Positions 16,085-23,746 of a stretch of 32,000 nt of DNA are shown here, one piece after another; the first letter of the stretch is position 1; every line of letters begins with the position of its first letter. The position numbers were made by a program, and so were the translations under genes. The notes under the pieces were generated by a model, which saw only the letters and a list, made by a program, of their open reading frames with translations, did no database searches and had not been told where the DNA came from. Source of the stretch: Halomicrobium mukohataei DSM 12286 (GTDB lineage Archaea > Halobacteriota > Halobacteria > Halobacteriales > Haloarculaceae); contig NC_013201.1 in the NCBI RefSeq assembly GCF_000023965.1, positions 150,001 to 182,000 on the forward strand. Direction: 5' to 3'.

Positions 16085-17065
16085 TCATTCAACTCTTGTC
16101 AGGTACCGAGCTTCTTGTCCATCAGTAAGTCCGTCGTCGTCAGTATCTGAAACCCAAGGGTCTGTGCGGATTTCTTGCTTGTTCGCGTACCAGGTGTCAG
16201 TTGGAGCCCCGCTCAGGTCTGTCTCTTCGAGCGTCAGACGATCGATCCGGCCTGGTGCATCGAAGTCTTCGTCGGGGCCTTCGACGCGGTCGAACTGGAA
16301 GTCGAAGTCGTCGGTTGCGTCCGTCAGCTCGATATCACCGTCGCCACTGCGGACTCGTGAAACCGGCACGCCGATCCCTTCGAGCTTCGCTTCCAGCACG
16401 GGCTTGAGATACTGCTCGTGACGATCGGTAATCGCGTACGTCTGCTCTGCGGTCGGATCGGTGTAGGTTCGGTTACGCTCGACATCGTCCGTGAGACCGT
16501 CTCCATCGGTATCTGCGGTAAGCGGGCTAGACGAGACTTGAAGGACATCGTCATTTGGCGTACAGTCTTCTCCCTTCCATTCGATGGTCCCGCTGTCCGT
16601 TTCTCGCTGCTGGCACGCTGAGTCGAAGCGGAGCGGTCTGTCAGCGCCGTCAGCTGAGACGACCGGAATATCCCAGCCCTCCCGTTCGATGTCGTCGTTC
16701 AGACCGTCACCGTCAGTGTCCCGCTTGTTCGGATCGCTGACAGTGTCATAGAATTCCCGATCTGTCGTCGGATGGGTCTCGGGATCGTCGAAGTCGAACT
16801 CCTGACTGTCAGTGAGGGTGTCTCCGTCGGTGTCGGCCGCAGTCGGGTCTGTCTCGATTCTCGTTCCGTTACCTACTAGCAGGCCGGCTTCTTCGCGGTA
16901 ATCCGGAATACCATCACCGTCGCTATCGGTCACCGACGAGGAGGAACTCTTCCACCATCTCCAACAACAGGGCCAGCCGACCGTCCAGTCGCTCTCAGAG
17001 ACACCACTGACTCGCCAGCGCTTCACCCCGATCCCACTCACACAAAGACCACGGATGGGGCCCAT
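16085..17065 (-). CDS. Polymorphic-toxin-like protein, N-terminal part (TSP3-type Ca-binding repeats), ending at an in-frame TGA
   Basis: 326 aa with five D-x-D-x-D-G-x-x-D-x-x-E repeats: DSDGDGIPDYRE, DTDGDTLTDSQE, DTDGDGLNDDIE, DTDGDGLTDDVE, DTDDDGLTDGQE. The same frame continues beyond the TGA at 16085-16087. I saw no clear signal peptide. Confidence 0.65.
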   Translation of the reverse strand: MGPIRGLCVSGIGVKRWRVSGVSESDWTVGWPCCWRWWKSSSSSVTDSDGDGIPDYREEAGLLVGNGTRIETDPTAADTDGDTLTDSQEFDFDDPETHPTTDREFYDTVSDPNKRDTDGDGLNDDIEREGWDIPVVSADGADRPLRFDSACQQRETDSGTIEWKGEDCTPNDDVLQVSSSPLTADTDGDGLTDDVERNRTYTDPTAEQTYAITDRHEQYLKPVLEAKLEGIGVPVSRVRSGDGDIELTDATDDFDFQFDRVEGPDEDFDAPGRIDRLTLEETDLSGAPTDTWYANKQEIRTDPWVSDTDDDGLTDGQEARYLTRVE

Positions 17066-17153
17066 CCAGATGGGTACGACGACCGCCTGCGCCTACTCTC
17101 GGAAACGATCGAATCACAGACAGTGTCGATACCGTCGAGAACGGAGCGGGCGT

Positions 17154-18101
17154 TCACTCGACCGCGTCCGTCGCGGCACCGTCTGGAGCGGGACTCGATC
17201 CCGTGTCGCTCGCGTTCCAGTACGCTTCGAGCGGGCCGTCGACACCGGTCAGCTGGACCCACGCCTGAGCGGTGATACCGAGAACGACGATCGAGACCAC
17301 CGCAGACTCCAGCGAGAGTATCGCCTGGCTGGCCAGGAACGTCGGCGACTGGAACGTCGCGTCCGGCGTGAGCTGTCCGAAAAGCAGGCTAAAGGCCATG
17401 TTCACCCCGTAGGGGACGACGAGTGCGAGTCCCAGTCGCAGTCGGTTGCCGGCGACGACGCGCCAGCTCCGAACGAACGCCGACGGGACCGACGCGTCCC
17501 GGACGACGATCTCGTGATCGACGAAGGCGAACACCACGACGACGACACCGATCGGAAGGGTCGCCAGCAAGAACACCGGGACCAGGAGCAGCGACGCGTA
17601 CCACGAGCCGACGAGTGTCGTCTGCAGTGATTCCGGGAGCACCAGGAAAACCCCGATCGCCGCCAGAAAGACGGCGATCATACTGAGCATCGTCAGAACA
17701 AATATGACAGCTATCTTCAACAGGGAGGCGACGAACAGCCGCAGCGTCGCCCAGCCGAGCGATCGAAAGACCAACTGTTCGGGGATGTGATCGCGCCCGT
17801 CGTCGACGAGCGCACGAACGGCGACCACCTGGATGGGAAGCGTGAGTATCCCGCCGGTGAGTCCACCCAGCAGCGCAGCGCCCGCCGACGCCAACGCCGG
17901 GAGCGCCGTCCCGGGTGCCGGCGTGTTGGCCGGTGTCATCGCCCCGCTCGTGCCGAGGGGAATGTACGTCGTCGCCAGCACCCACACGAACGCGCCCTGG
18001 AGGACGCTCGCAACGAAGAACGTCGCCACGAGGAGAGCGCCGTTTCGCGAGAGCGCGCGTGCGAGACCGCCGGTGATCGTCTGTCGAACGTGGAGGGCCA
18101 T
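17154..18101 (-). CDS. Polytopic membrane protein, paralog of 20200-20964
   Basis: It has about 6-7 hydrophobic segments. It shares FVDHEIVVRDASVPSAFVRSWRVVAGNRL with FYGQAIVVDGESAIAAFARSYRVVRANLL of the other gene. I prefer ATG at 18099-18101 (MALHVRQTI..), by analogy with MGVLQALQRT.. in the paralog. Confidence 0.7.
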   Translation of the reverse strand: MALHVRQTITGGLARALSRNGALLVATFFVASVLQGAFVWVLATTYIPLGTSGAMTPANTPAPGTALPALASAGAALLGGLTGGILTLPIQVVAVRALVDDGRDHIPEQLVFRSLGWATLRLFVASLLKIAVIFVLTMLSMIAVFLAAIGVFLVLPESLQTTLVGSWYASLLLVPVFLLATLPIGVVVVVFAFVDHEIVVRDASVPSAFVRSWRVVAGNRLRLGLALVVPYGVNMAFSLLFGQLTPDATFQSPTFLASQAILSLESAVVSIVVLGITAQAWVQLTGVDGPLEAYWNASDTGSSPAPDGAATDAVE

Positions 18102-18377
18102 GCCGCGGGATTTGTCACCCGCTGAGTTCAATTCTACGGACTGTCTCCGTGTCGGAACAGTCGACCGGCAGGAGCGTCTCCGACACAGATCCGTCCAGCG
18201 TGGCGAGGGCGGTCGGTGTCTGTAGGCCAGAAAGGGACCGCGGCGATCTGAGACTGCTGGCTGTCACTGTTTCAAAATATTCGCGACCACGGGGTCGCAA
18301 CAGTCTGTACAGACGTACAGCCGGCAGTATGAGCACCACCCGATTTTCCGAGCTGGAAAAGAAGTGGTAGCTATTAC

Positions 18378-18749
18378 TTGGTCCGTCCAGAAGGGCCGAC
18401 CGTGAGTGAGGATCCCGCCGACGAGGATATCTTCGCACTCCTCGACGACGAGTACGCACGGGAGATCCTTACTCAGACGAGTGTCGAACCGATGTCAGCC
18501 AAAACGTTGAGCGACCGATGTGACGCGTCCTTGCCGACGATCTACCGGCGGACGGAACGGCTCGTCGAGTGTGACCTGCTCGTAGAACAGACGAAAGTGC
18601 GACAGAACGGCCACCACTACACTGTCTTCGAGGCGTGTCTCGATCGACTCACCGTCGAACTCGACGAGGGAGAGCTCTCGGTGACGATCGACGCGGGCGA
18701 ACCCGAGGACCCCGCCGACCGCTTTACCAACCTCTGGGAGGGGATCTAA
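18378..18749 (+). CDS. Winged-helix (ArsR-like) transcriptional regulator, haloarchaeal type
   Basis: IFALLDDEYAREILTQTSVEPMSAKTLSDRCDASLPTIYRRTERLVECDLLVE is a wHTH. The start is uncertain: TTG at 18378 or GTG at 18402. Confidence 0.75.
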   Translation: MVRPEGPTVSEDPADEDIFALLDDEYAREILTQTSVEPMSAKTLSDRCDASLPTIYRRTERLVECDLLVEQTKVRQNGHHYTVFEACLDRLTVELDEGELSVTIDAGEPEDPADRFTNLWEGI

Positions 18750-18750
18750 C

Positions 18751-19077
18751 ATGATACAAACCGGCAGCACGGGACTGTACGCACACTACCTCGCGCTACT
18801 GGCAGTAACGCTGCTGGGCCTGGTTCTCAGTTTCGCGATCGTGTTCCAGGCGTATCGCGGGTACCGGCGCAACGACAGCCAACCGATGCTGTTGCTCGCG
18901 GTCGGACTGGTCTTGCTCACGGTCGTCCCCTTCGTGGTCTCGTTGGTCGTCACGTCGGCCGGAACTGTCCTCGGCTTCGGGCCGATCGTCTACAGCTACT
19001 ACGTTCCGATTCTCACCAGGACGATCGAGGTCGTCGGCCTCGTCACCATCCTCTACTCCCTGTACCGCCGCACCTAA
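18751..19077 (+). CDS. Small 3-TM membrane protein paired with the wHTH regulator
   Basis: 108 aa. It starts 1 nt after the stop of the regulator gene and has three hydrophobic helices. Confidence 0.7.
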   Translation: MIQTGSTGLYAHYLALLAVTLLGLVLSFAIVFQAYRGYRRNDSQPMLLLAVGLVLLTVVPFVVSLVVTSAGTVLGFGPIVYSYYVPILTRTIEVVGLVTILYSLYRRT

Positions 19078-19192
19078 TTCGGCGGCATGGGGAGCCGGCA
19101 CTACGGCCGTCACCAGTTCGAAGGCTACCGGAGTGCAGTTCTCTGGATGTCGCTTTCAATCCATTTGCGCGTGGTTTCTGTCGATATGCGAA

Positions 19193-19278
19193 CTATAGTA
19201 ACAATTGAAACGATTTACACACCGATCGCACTGCCGTCGTGCGATCGGGTGTGCATTGATTTTCAATGGCTACTATAG
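19193..19278. repeat. 86-nt imperfect palindrome (arms of about 38 nt, 7-nt loop)
   Basis: The left arm is CTATAGTAACAATTGAAACGATTTACACACCGATCGCAC. The reverse complement of the right arm is CTATAGTAGCCATTGAAAATCAATGCACACCCGATCGCAC. Perfect blocks occur at the tips (8 bp), the middle (7 bp) and the base (10 plus 5 bp with a 1-nt bulge). Confidence 0.75.
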
Positions 19279-19454
19279 ACGGGACAGGACTCAGTTATAG
19301 AACGGACGTAGAGTATCTCGTGAACAAATGCGATTGGTGAAAGTCGCATACCCTTCGGTCGTTTTGAACCTACCGTGAGGTGCAAAACTCGTCCTCCCAC
19401 GACGAGACTTAGCCTCCACTGGAACTATTAGCTGCGGCACTTAATTACCGGGAA

Positions 19455-19712
19455 GTGACAACGTCTGATCATTCGTCGACACGCGAGAACCCGAAACCGA
19501 CCCGGCGTGCGTTCCTTGCTGCGACCTCATCAGTATCCACAATAGCTGCCGGTTGCCAAGCACCGCAAAGCAATGTCTCCTCAAAGACCGTGACCGACGG
19601 TCCACCCAATATAATTATCTTCATGACTGACGATCAAGGCTACGATGATATTGGATATCACCCACGGATGGCGATTAGTTCGGGGTCGTTCACACTTCTA
19701 CCCATTTCGTAA
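19455..19712 (+). pseudogene. N-terminal stub of a Tat-lipoprotein sulfatase
   Basis: TRRAFLAATSSVSTIAAGC is a twin-arginine signal with a lipobox-like Cys. PNIIIFMTDDQGYDDIGYH is the conserved sulfatase N-terminal metal-binding strand. The ORF ends before the C/S-x-P-x-R formylglycine motif. Confidence 0.65.
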
Positions 19713-19743
19713 CCAGATACTGAGATGTGTGCGAACTGATTGA

Positions 19744-19995
19744 TCAGGTATCGTCTCTGCTCAGTCCGGTCAGCGGTGCAGCACCAGCGGCAATCGCAGC
19801 GCCAGCGATAATTGCGGCAGCGAGAACGATGAACCCACCCTCATCCGGAGTAACACCAGCCAGTCCTGCTCCGGCGTTGACGACGAAGACGGTGACGAAG
19901 AAACTGAGGATGGCGAACACGAGCATGATGATTGATGCGATAATACTACTGACGAGGCCGCCGAACGACTCAAGCATACCCATCGATACAGTCAC
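19744..19995 (-). CDS. Small Gly/Ala-rich two-TM hydrophobic protein
   Basis: 83 aa: LVSSIIASIIMLVFAILSFFVTVFVV ... FIVLAAAIIAGAAIAAGAAPL. The codons look coding. Start may be the track's start codon (19993-19995) or either in-frame ATG in MGMLES. Confidence 0.5.
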   Translation of the reverse strand: MTVSMGMLESFGGLVSSIIASIIMLVFAILSFFVTVFVVNAGAGLAGVTPDEGGFIVLAAAIIAGAAIAAGAAPLTGLSRDDT

Positions 19996-20199
19996 CTCAA
20001 TGTGGTTTTTCAGCCATTCGATATAAAAGTCGGCATGTCGTTCAGATATACTGATGACTACTCTCTACACATTGGTTTCCCCGTACCCAGCGATCCGTGA
20101 GTTCTCTGTACTGAGCAGTCCGAAATGACGAGAACGACAGTACGTGACTCTCGCTGCCGGACATCCGCCACTCGAAGTGACGGACCGTTCCCGACGGCG

Positions 20200-20964
20200 T
20201 CAGACCGTGAACTCGTCGTAGACCGCGACGGAGAACGTCAGCGAGAACGCCGAGACGACGCTCCCGACGACCGCTGCCAGGAGGCCGACGACGACGAGCA
20301 GCGGGATCGAGAGCGACGGCAGGCCGTACGCCGCGGCTTCGGGCGTCGCCAGCACCGACAGGCCGCCGTAGAGTCCGCCGGCCACTCCGCCGACGAGCAC
20401 CGCGATCACCAGATAGCCGATCGTTCCGAGCAGATTCGCCCGGACGACGCGGTAGCTCCGCGCGAACGCAGCGATCGCGGACTCCCCGTCGACGACGATG
20501 GCCTGTCCGTAGAACTGGACGAAGAACGTCACGAGGAGGTACAGGAGGCCGACGACGGCGACGACGGCGAGGAGCACCAGTCCGGCAGTGCCGTGGCCCA
20601 GCAACGCGCCGACGCCAGCGAACACGGCGACGACGCCGAGAACGCCGTTGACGACCAGCAAGAGCACGTAGGCGAGCAACAACTGCACGTAGTTCGACTT
20701 CCCGTCGGTGAAGAACCGCGACAGCGAACTCCGGCCCCGCAGTGCCTCGTCGGCCATGCCGAACATCCCGCCCTGGATGAAGGGCGTCACGACGAGGAAG
20801 ATTCCGGAGACGCCAAGCGAGACCAGCGAGGAGAGGAGCGGCGCTGCCGACTGCAACAGCAACTGGGGGAGCAACAGTACGAACACGATCAGTTGGGGGA
20901 CCAACAGCCCGGGGGCACGCTTGAGTGCGCCGGGCGTACGTTGGAGTGCTTGGAGGACACCCAT
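20200..20964 (-). CDS. Polytopic membrane protein, paralog of 17154-18101
   Basis: See 17154-18101. ATG at 20962-20964 is preferred. The 430-aa Arg-rich ORF 20042-21334 is a shadow frame. Confidence 0.75.
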   Translation of the reverse strand: MGVLQALQRTPGALKRAPGLLVPQLIVFVLLLPQLLLQSAAPLLSSLVSLGVSGIFLVVTPFIQGGMFGMADEALRGRSSLSRFFTDGKSNYVQLLLAYVLLLVVNGVLGVVAVFAGVGALLGHGTAGLVLLAVVAVVGLLYLLVTFFVQFYGQAIVVDGESAIAAFARSYRVVRANLLGTIGYLVIAVLVGGVAGGLYGGLSVLATPEAAAYGLPSLSIPLLVVVGLLAAVVGSVVSAFSLTFSVAVYDEFTV

Positions 20965-21078
20965 AGATAGCCAGATGCCGCCCGACGGCATAACCCCGGA
21001 CGCCGGTTTTCCGAGCCAGAAAACCGTCACTGGGGACGGCGTGGTCACGCCGAGTACTGGCCGAACCGGCGCTGGCGT

Positions 21079-22659
21079 TCACTCCTTGTCTGTCTCCGTG
21101 TACGCGTCCAGGCCGCGCTGCTGTGGACCCGCTTCGGTCACCGTCGACGTGTCGTCCGACCCGTCCGGTGGCCGTGACTGCGAGGACAGTGACGCTCGTC
21201 GAGCGACCGCCGGCTCTTGGAGGGCCTGGCGGGCGGCCGGTTCGAGACGTTCGTAGCGCTCGATCGCACGCTGTCTGGCTGCCTCGTACTCGACGACGGG
21301 GTACGGATAGTCCGTGCCGATCTCGACGCCACACGCTTCCTGAACGTGGAGCGGTGTCTTTTCGGGGCGTGGCAGGTACTCGGCCGGGAGAGGAGCCAGT
21401 TCCGGGACGTACGTCGAGACGAACGTGCCGTCGGGATCGTTGTCACGCACCTGTTTGATCGGGTTGTAGATGCGCATGAGGTTCGTTCCGACCGTACCGG
21501 CCTGTGACTGCCACTGGGTGTAGTTTATCGCCGGATCGGCGTCGATCAGGTGGTAGTGATAGAAGTCCGCGCCGATCTGCCAGGGCTGCTGGAACAGGTC
21601 GGCGAAGACGCTCGCACACATCGCTCGCATCCGGAAGTTGAGCCACCCGGTCTCGACGAGACACCGCATGGACGCGTCGACCATGGGAAAGCCGGTGGTC
21701 CCCCGCTTCCAGGCAGTCACCAGCTCGGGGTCGTGTGACTCCGCCCGACACCCTCGCATTGCGGGGTTGACCGCCGTCGTCGTCCAGCCGCTCCAGTCTT
21801 CCAGTTTCTGGTGGTAGTGTTTGTTCCAGTAGAGCCTGGAGACGAACATCTCGCGGCCGGTACACGGCGGTGCGTTGTCCATCACGTACCGGTAGACTTC
21901 CCGTACCGACAGCGATCCGAACCGGAGGTGCGGCGAGAGCCCGCTGGTACCGGTCCGTGCGTCTGTCGGCGCGGAGATGTTGCCGGGATACTGCTCGATG
22001 TCTGCGACGAACTGTCGGAGTCGTCTGGCCCCCGCCGCTCGGCCGCCGGGTGGGACCGTCGTCTTCGCCGCGTGTACGTCGTACGTACGCTCGATATCGG
22101 CGACGGACACCGTCCCCGGCAGCGAGGCGAACGAAACGTCGGCCGGGTCCCAGGAGTGGGGCGACGACTCGAACCACGCCTCGACGCGGTCGCTCCACCC
22201 CGCACGCGGCCACGCCTGGTCTCGAACCAGCCCGTCACTGTCGACGAAGCGCACGTCACAGTGTGCCGCGGCCCGGTCGTCTCGCTGACGCCCGTAGCGT
22301 GCGGTCGGGTCGGCCGTCGCGACGATGTCCCAGCCGGCCGCTGCCAGAGCCGAGAGCACCGACAGCGGATCACCGTGGGCGTAGCTGAGCGTTCCCCCGA
22401 CAGCCTCGTACAGTCGCCGGAGACTCTCGACGGACTCGTGGAGGAGGAGGAGTCTGGCGTCACAGGCGAGTCCGTCGTTACCGTAGAACTGCGGGTCGAA
22501 GACGAACAGCGGCAAGACGGTGTCGTACTCCTCGCCCGCGTACGAGAGCGCGCCGTGGTCGGTCGTCCGGAGATTGCGGCGGTGCCAGACGACACAGCCG
22601 TCCGTCGTCGTCGGCACGTCGTCGGCGTCGGGTGTCACCGCTGTCGGCCCGTCGCTCAT
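21079..22659 (-). CDS. Cryptochrome/photolyase-family flavoprotein (subclass unresolved)
   Basis: The N-terminal photolyase alpha/beta domain reads VVWHRRNLRTTDHGAL..LPLFVFDP. The FAD domain shows LSPHLRFGSLSVREVY, GWLNFRMRAMCASV, LIDADPAINYTQWQSQAG, IYNPIKQ and YVPEL. I place the start at MSDGPTAV (ATG 22657-22659). Confidence 0.85.
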   Translation of the reverse strand: MSDGPTAVTPDADDVPTTTDGCVVWHRRNLRTTDHGALSYAGEEYDTVLPLFVFDPQFYGNDGLACDARLLLLHESVESLRRLYEAVGGTLSYAHGDPLSVLSALAAAGWDIVATADPTARYGRQRDDRAAAHCDVRFVDSDGLVRDQAWPRAGWSDRVEAWFESSPHSWDPADVSFASLPGTVSVADIERTYDVHAAKTTVPPGGRAAGARRLRQFVADIEQYPGNISAPTDARTGTSGLSPHLRFGSLSVREVYRYVMDNAPPCTGREMFVSRLYWNKHYHQKLEDWSGWTTTAVNPAMRGCRAESHDPELVTAWKRGTTGFPMVDASMRCLVETGWLNFRMRAMCASVFADLFQQPWQIGADFYHYHLIDADPAINYTQWQSQAGTVGTNLMRIYNPIKQVRDNDPDGTFVSTYVPELAPLPAEYLPRPEKTPLHVQEACGVEIGTDYPYPVVEYEAARQRAIERYERLEPAARQALQEPAVARRASLSSQSRPPDGSDDTSTVTEAGPQQRGLDAYTETDKE

Positions 22660-22761
22660 CACCGACTCTCGGTACTGGAGCCGAATGCAACTGACGGTTC
22701 CGTAGGTGACAGAGAGCGGGTGCCGACGGAAACGCCGGCACACGGCCACCCCGACCGGCCG

Positions 22762-22887
22762 TTACAGCGCTCCCGCGAAGGTCAGCAGATCGATGGCGAC
22801 GATGAAAAGCACCACGAGGATGGCAACGAGGATGATCATCTTGAGAAACCACGGCATCGACTGTTCACCAGTGCCCGTATCGCTCAT
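22762..22887 (-). CDS. Unlisted 41-codon single-TM micro-ORF upstream of the photolyase gene
   Basis: My translation is MSDTGTGEQSMPWFLKMIILVAILVVLFIVAIDLLTFAGAL. The codons are GC3-rich (ATC, CTC, GTC, GCC). It falls below the track's length cutoff. Confidence 0.35.
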   Translation of the reverse strand: MSDTGTGEQSMPWFLKMIILVAILVVLFIVAIDLLTFAGAL

Positions 22888-22996
22888 ACCTCACCGTCGG
22901 GGAGTCGACTACGTGAATCCTCCGTTGGCCCAGGACAACCGTCAGTCGACGGGGAGACCGAAAGAGACTGGCCCCTCGGGAAATCAGTGCAGCTAG

Positions 22997-23713
22997 ATGC
23001 GGGAGTTCGTCTTCACACTGAACTACGCGAAGGGAGCCGATGCCGTGATGGACGTGTTCATCGACGCTCCCGAGATGCACGCGACGACGCTGATCTGTCC
23101 GATGACCGACCGCGAGTTCTGGCGGCTGGATCGTCTCAGCGGCGGCCAGGAGTCGGTCGAGCGAGCGGCCGGGCTGCTCACGAGCGACGAGTACGGCGGG
23201 TTCTCGATCAGCGACAGGCGCTGTGGCGGCGATCGCCACAGCGAGGTGCTCGCGTCCTCGGGCGGTCAGGCGACGGTGTACACACATATCGTCGACGCGA
23301 GCAGCTGTGACTCCGTCTCGCTGGTCGCGAACCGTTATCTGCCGGGTGCGGTCCTCATCGAAGTCACGCGGCGGGGGACAGAGGAGCGCTGGCGCGTCCT
23401 GATGCAGACCGACGAGCGGATCGGACTGCTCTACGATACGATCGGCGGGAAGCTCAGGGAAGGAATTACCTTCCGGTTCGAACACCTCGAAACGGTCACG
23501 ACACCACCGGCGGACCCACTGGCTTCGCTGTCGCTGCGCCCCGAACAGCGCCGTGTGCTCGAACTCGCAGCGGAGATGGGATACTACGAGACGCCGCGGG
23601 AAACGACGCTAGAAGCGGTCGCGTCGCGGCTCGACGAGCCCCGCTCGACCGTCTCGTACCGACTCAGGCGAGCCGAGGCGGAACTGGTCGACGCCTTCCT
23701 CTCGTCGACGTGA
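22997..23713 (+). CDS. Bat-type (HTH_10) transcriptional regulator
   Basis: The C-terminal LRPEQRRVLELAAEMGYYETPRETTLEAVASRLDEPRSTVSYRLRRAEAELVDAF is the bacterio-opsin-activator-type HTH common in haloarchaea. Confidence 0.8.
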   Translation: MREFVFTLNYAKGADAVMDVFIDAPEMHATTLICPMTDREFWRLDRLSGGQESVERAAGLLTSDEYGGFSISDRRCGGDRHSEVLASSGGQATVYTHIVDASSCDSVSLVANRYLPGAVLIEVTRRGTEERWRVLMQTDERIGLLYDTIGGKLREGITFRFEHLETVTTPPADPLASLSLRPEQRRVLELAAEMGYYETPRETTLEAVASRLDEPRSTVSYRLRRAEAELVDAFLSST

Positions 23714-23746
23714 CGGCGTCTCGGTCTCGATCGAGAAGGTCGCAGA

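Noticed and set aside
16085-16087. The in-frame TGAs (here and at 4082-4084 in arsC) as selenocysteine or recoded sense codons
   Set aside because: TGA clearly terminates other well-defined genes in the window, for example arsA at 702-704 and the small oxidase-associated ORF at 26019-26021. I saw no SECIS-like context. Nonsense mutation or sequence error is the simpler explanation.
20042-21334. 430-aa ORF on the minus strand, plus similar long ORFs (5333-7066 +, 7039-8226 +, 21811-23310 +, 23664-24866 -, 23915-25804 +, 26382-27818 +, 27895-29145 -, 29783-31549 -)
   Set aside because: They are extremely Arg/Pro/Gly-rich or His/Val/Asp-rich low-complexity translations. They overlap well-supported genes in another frame or on the other strand. 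These are typical shadow ORFs of GC-rich DNA.
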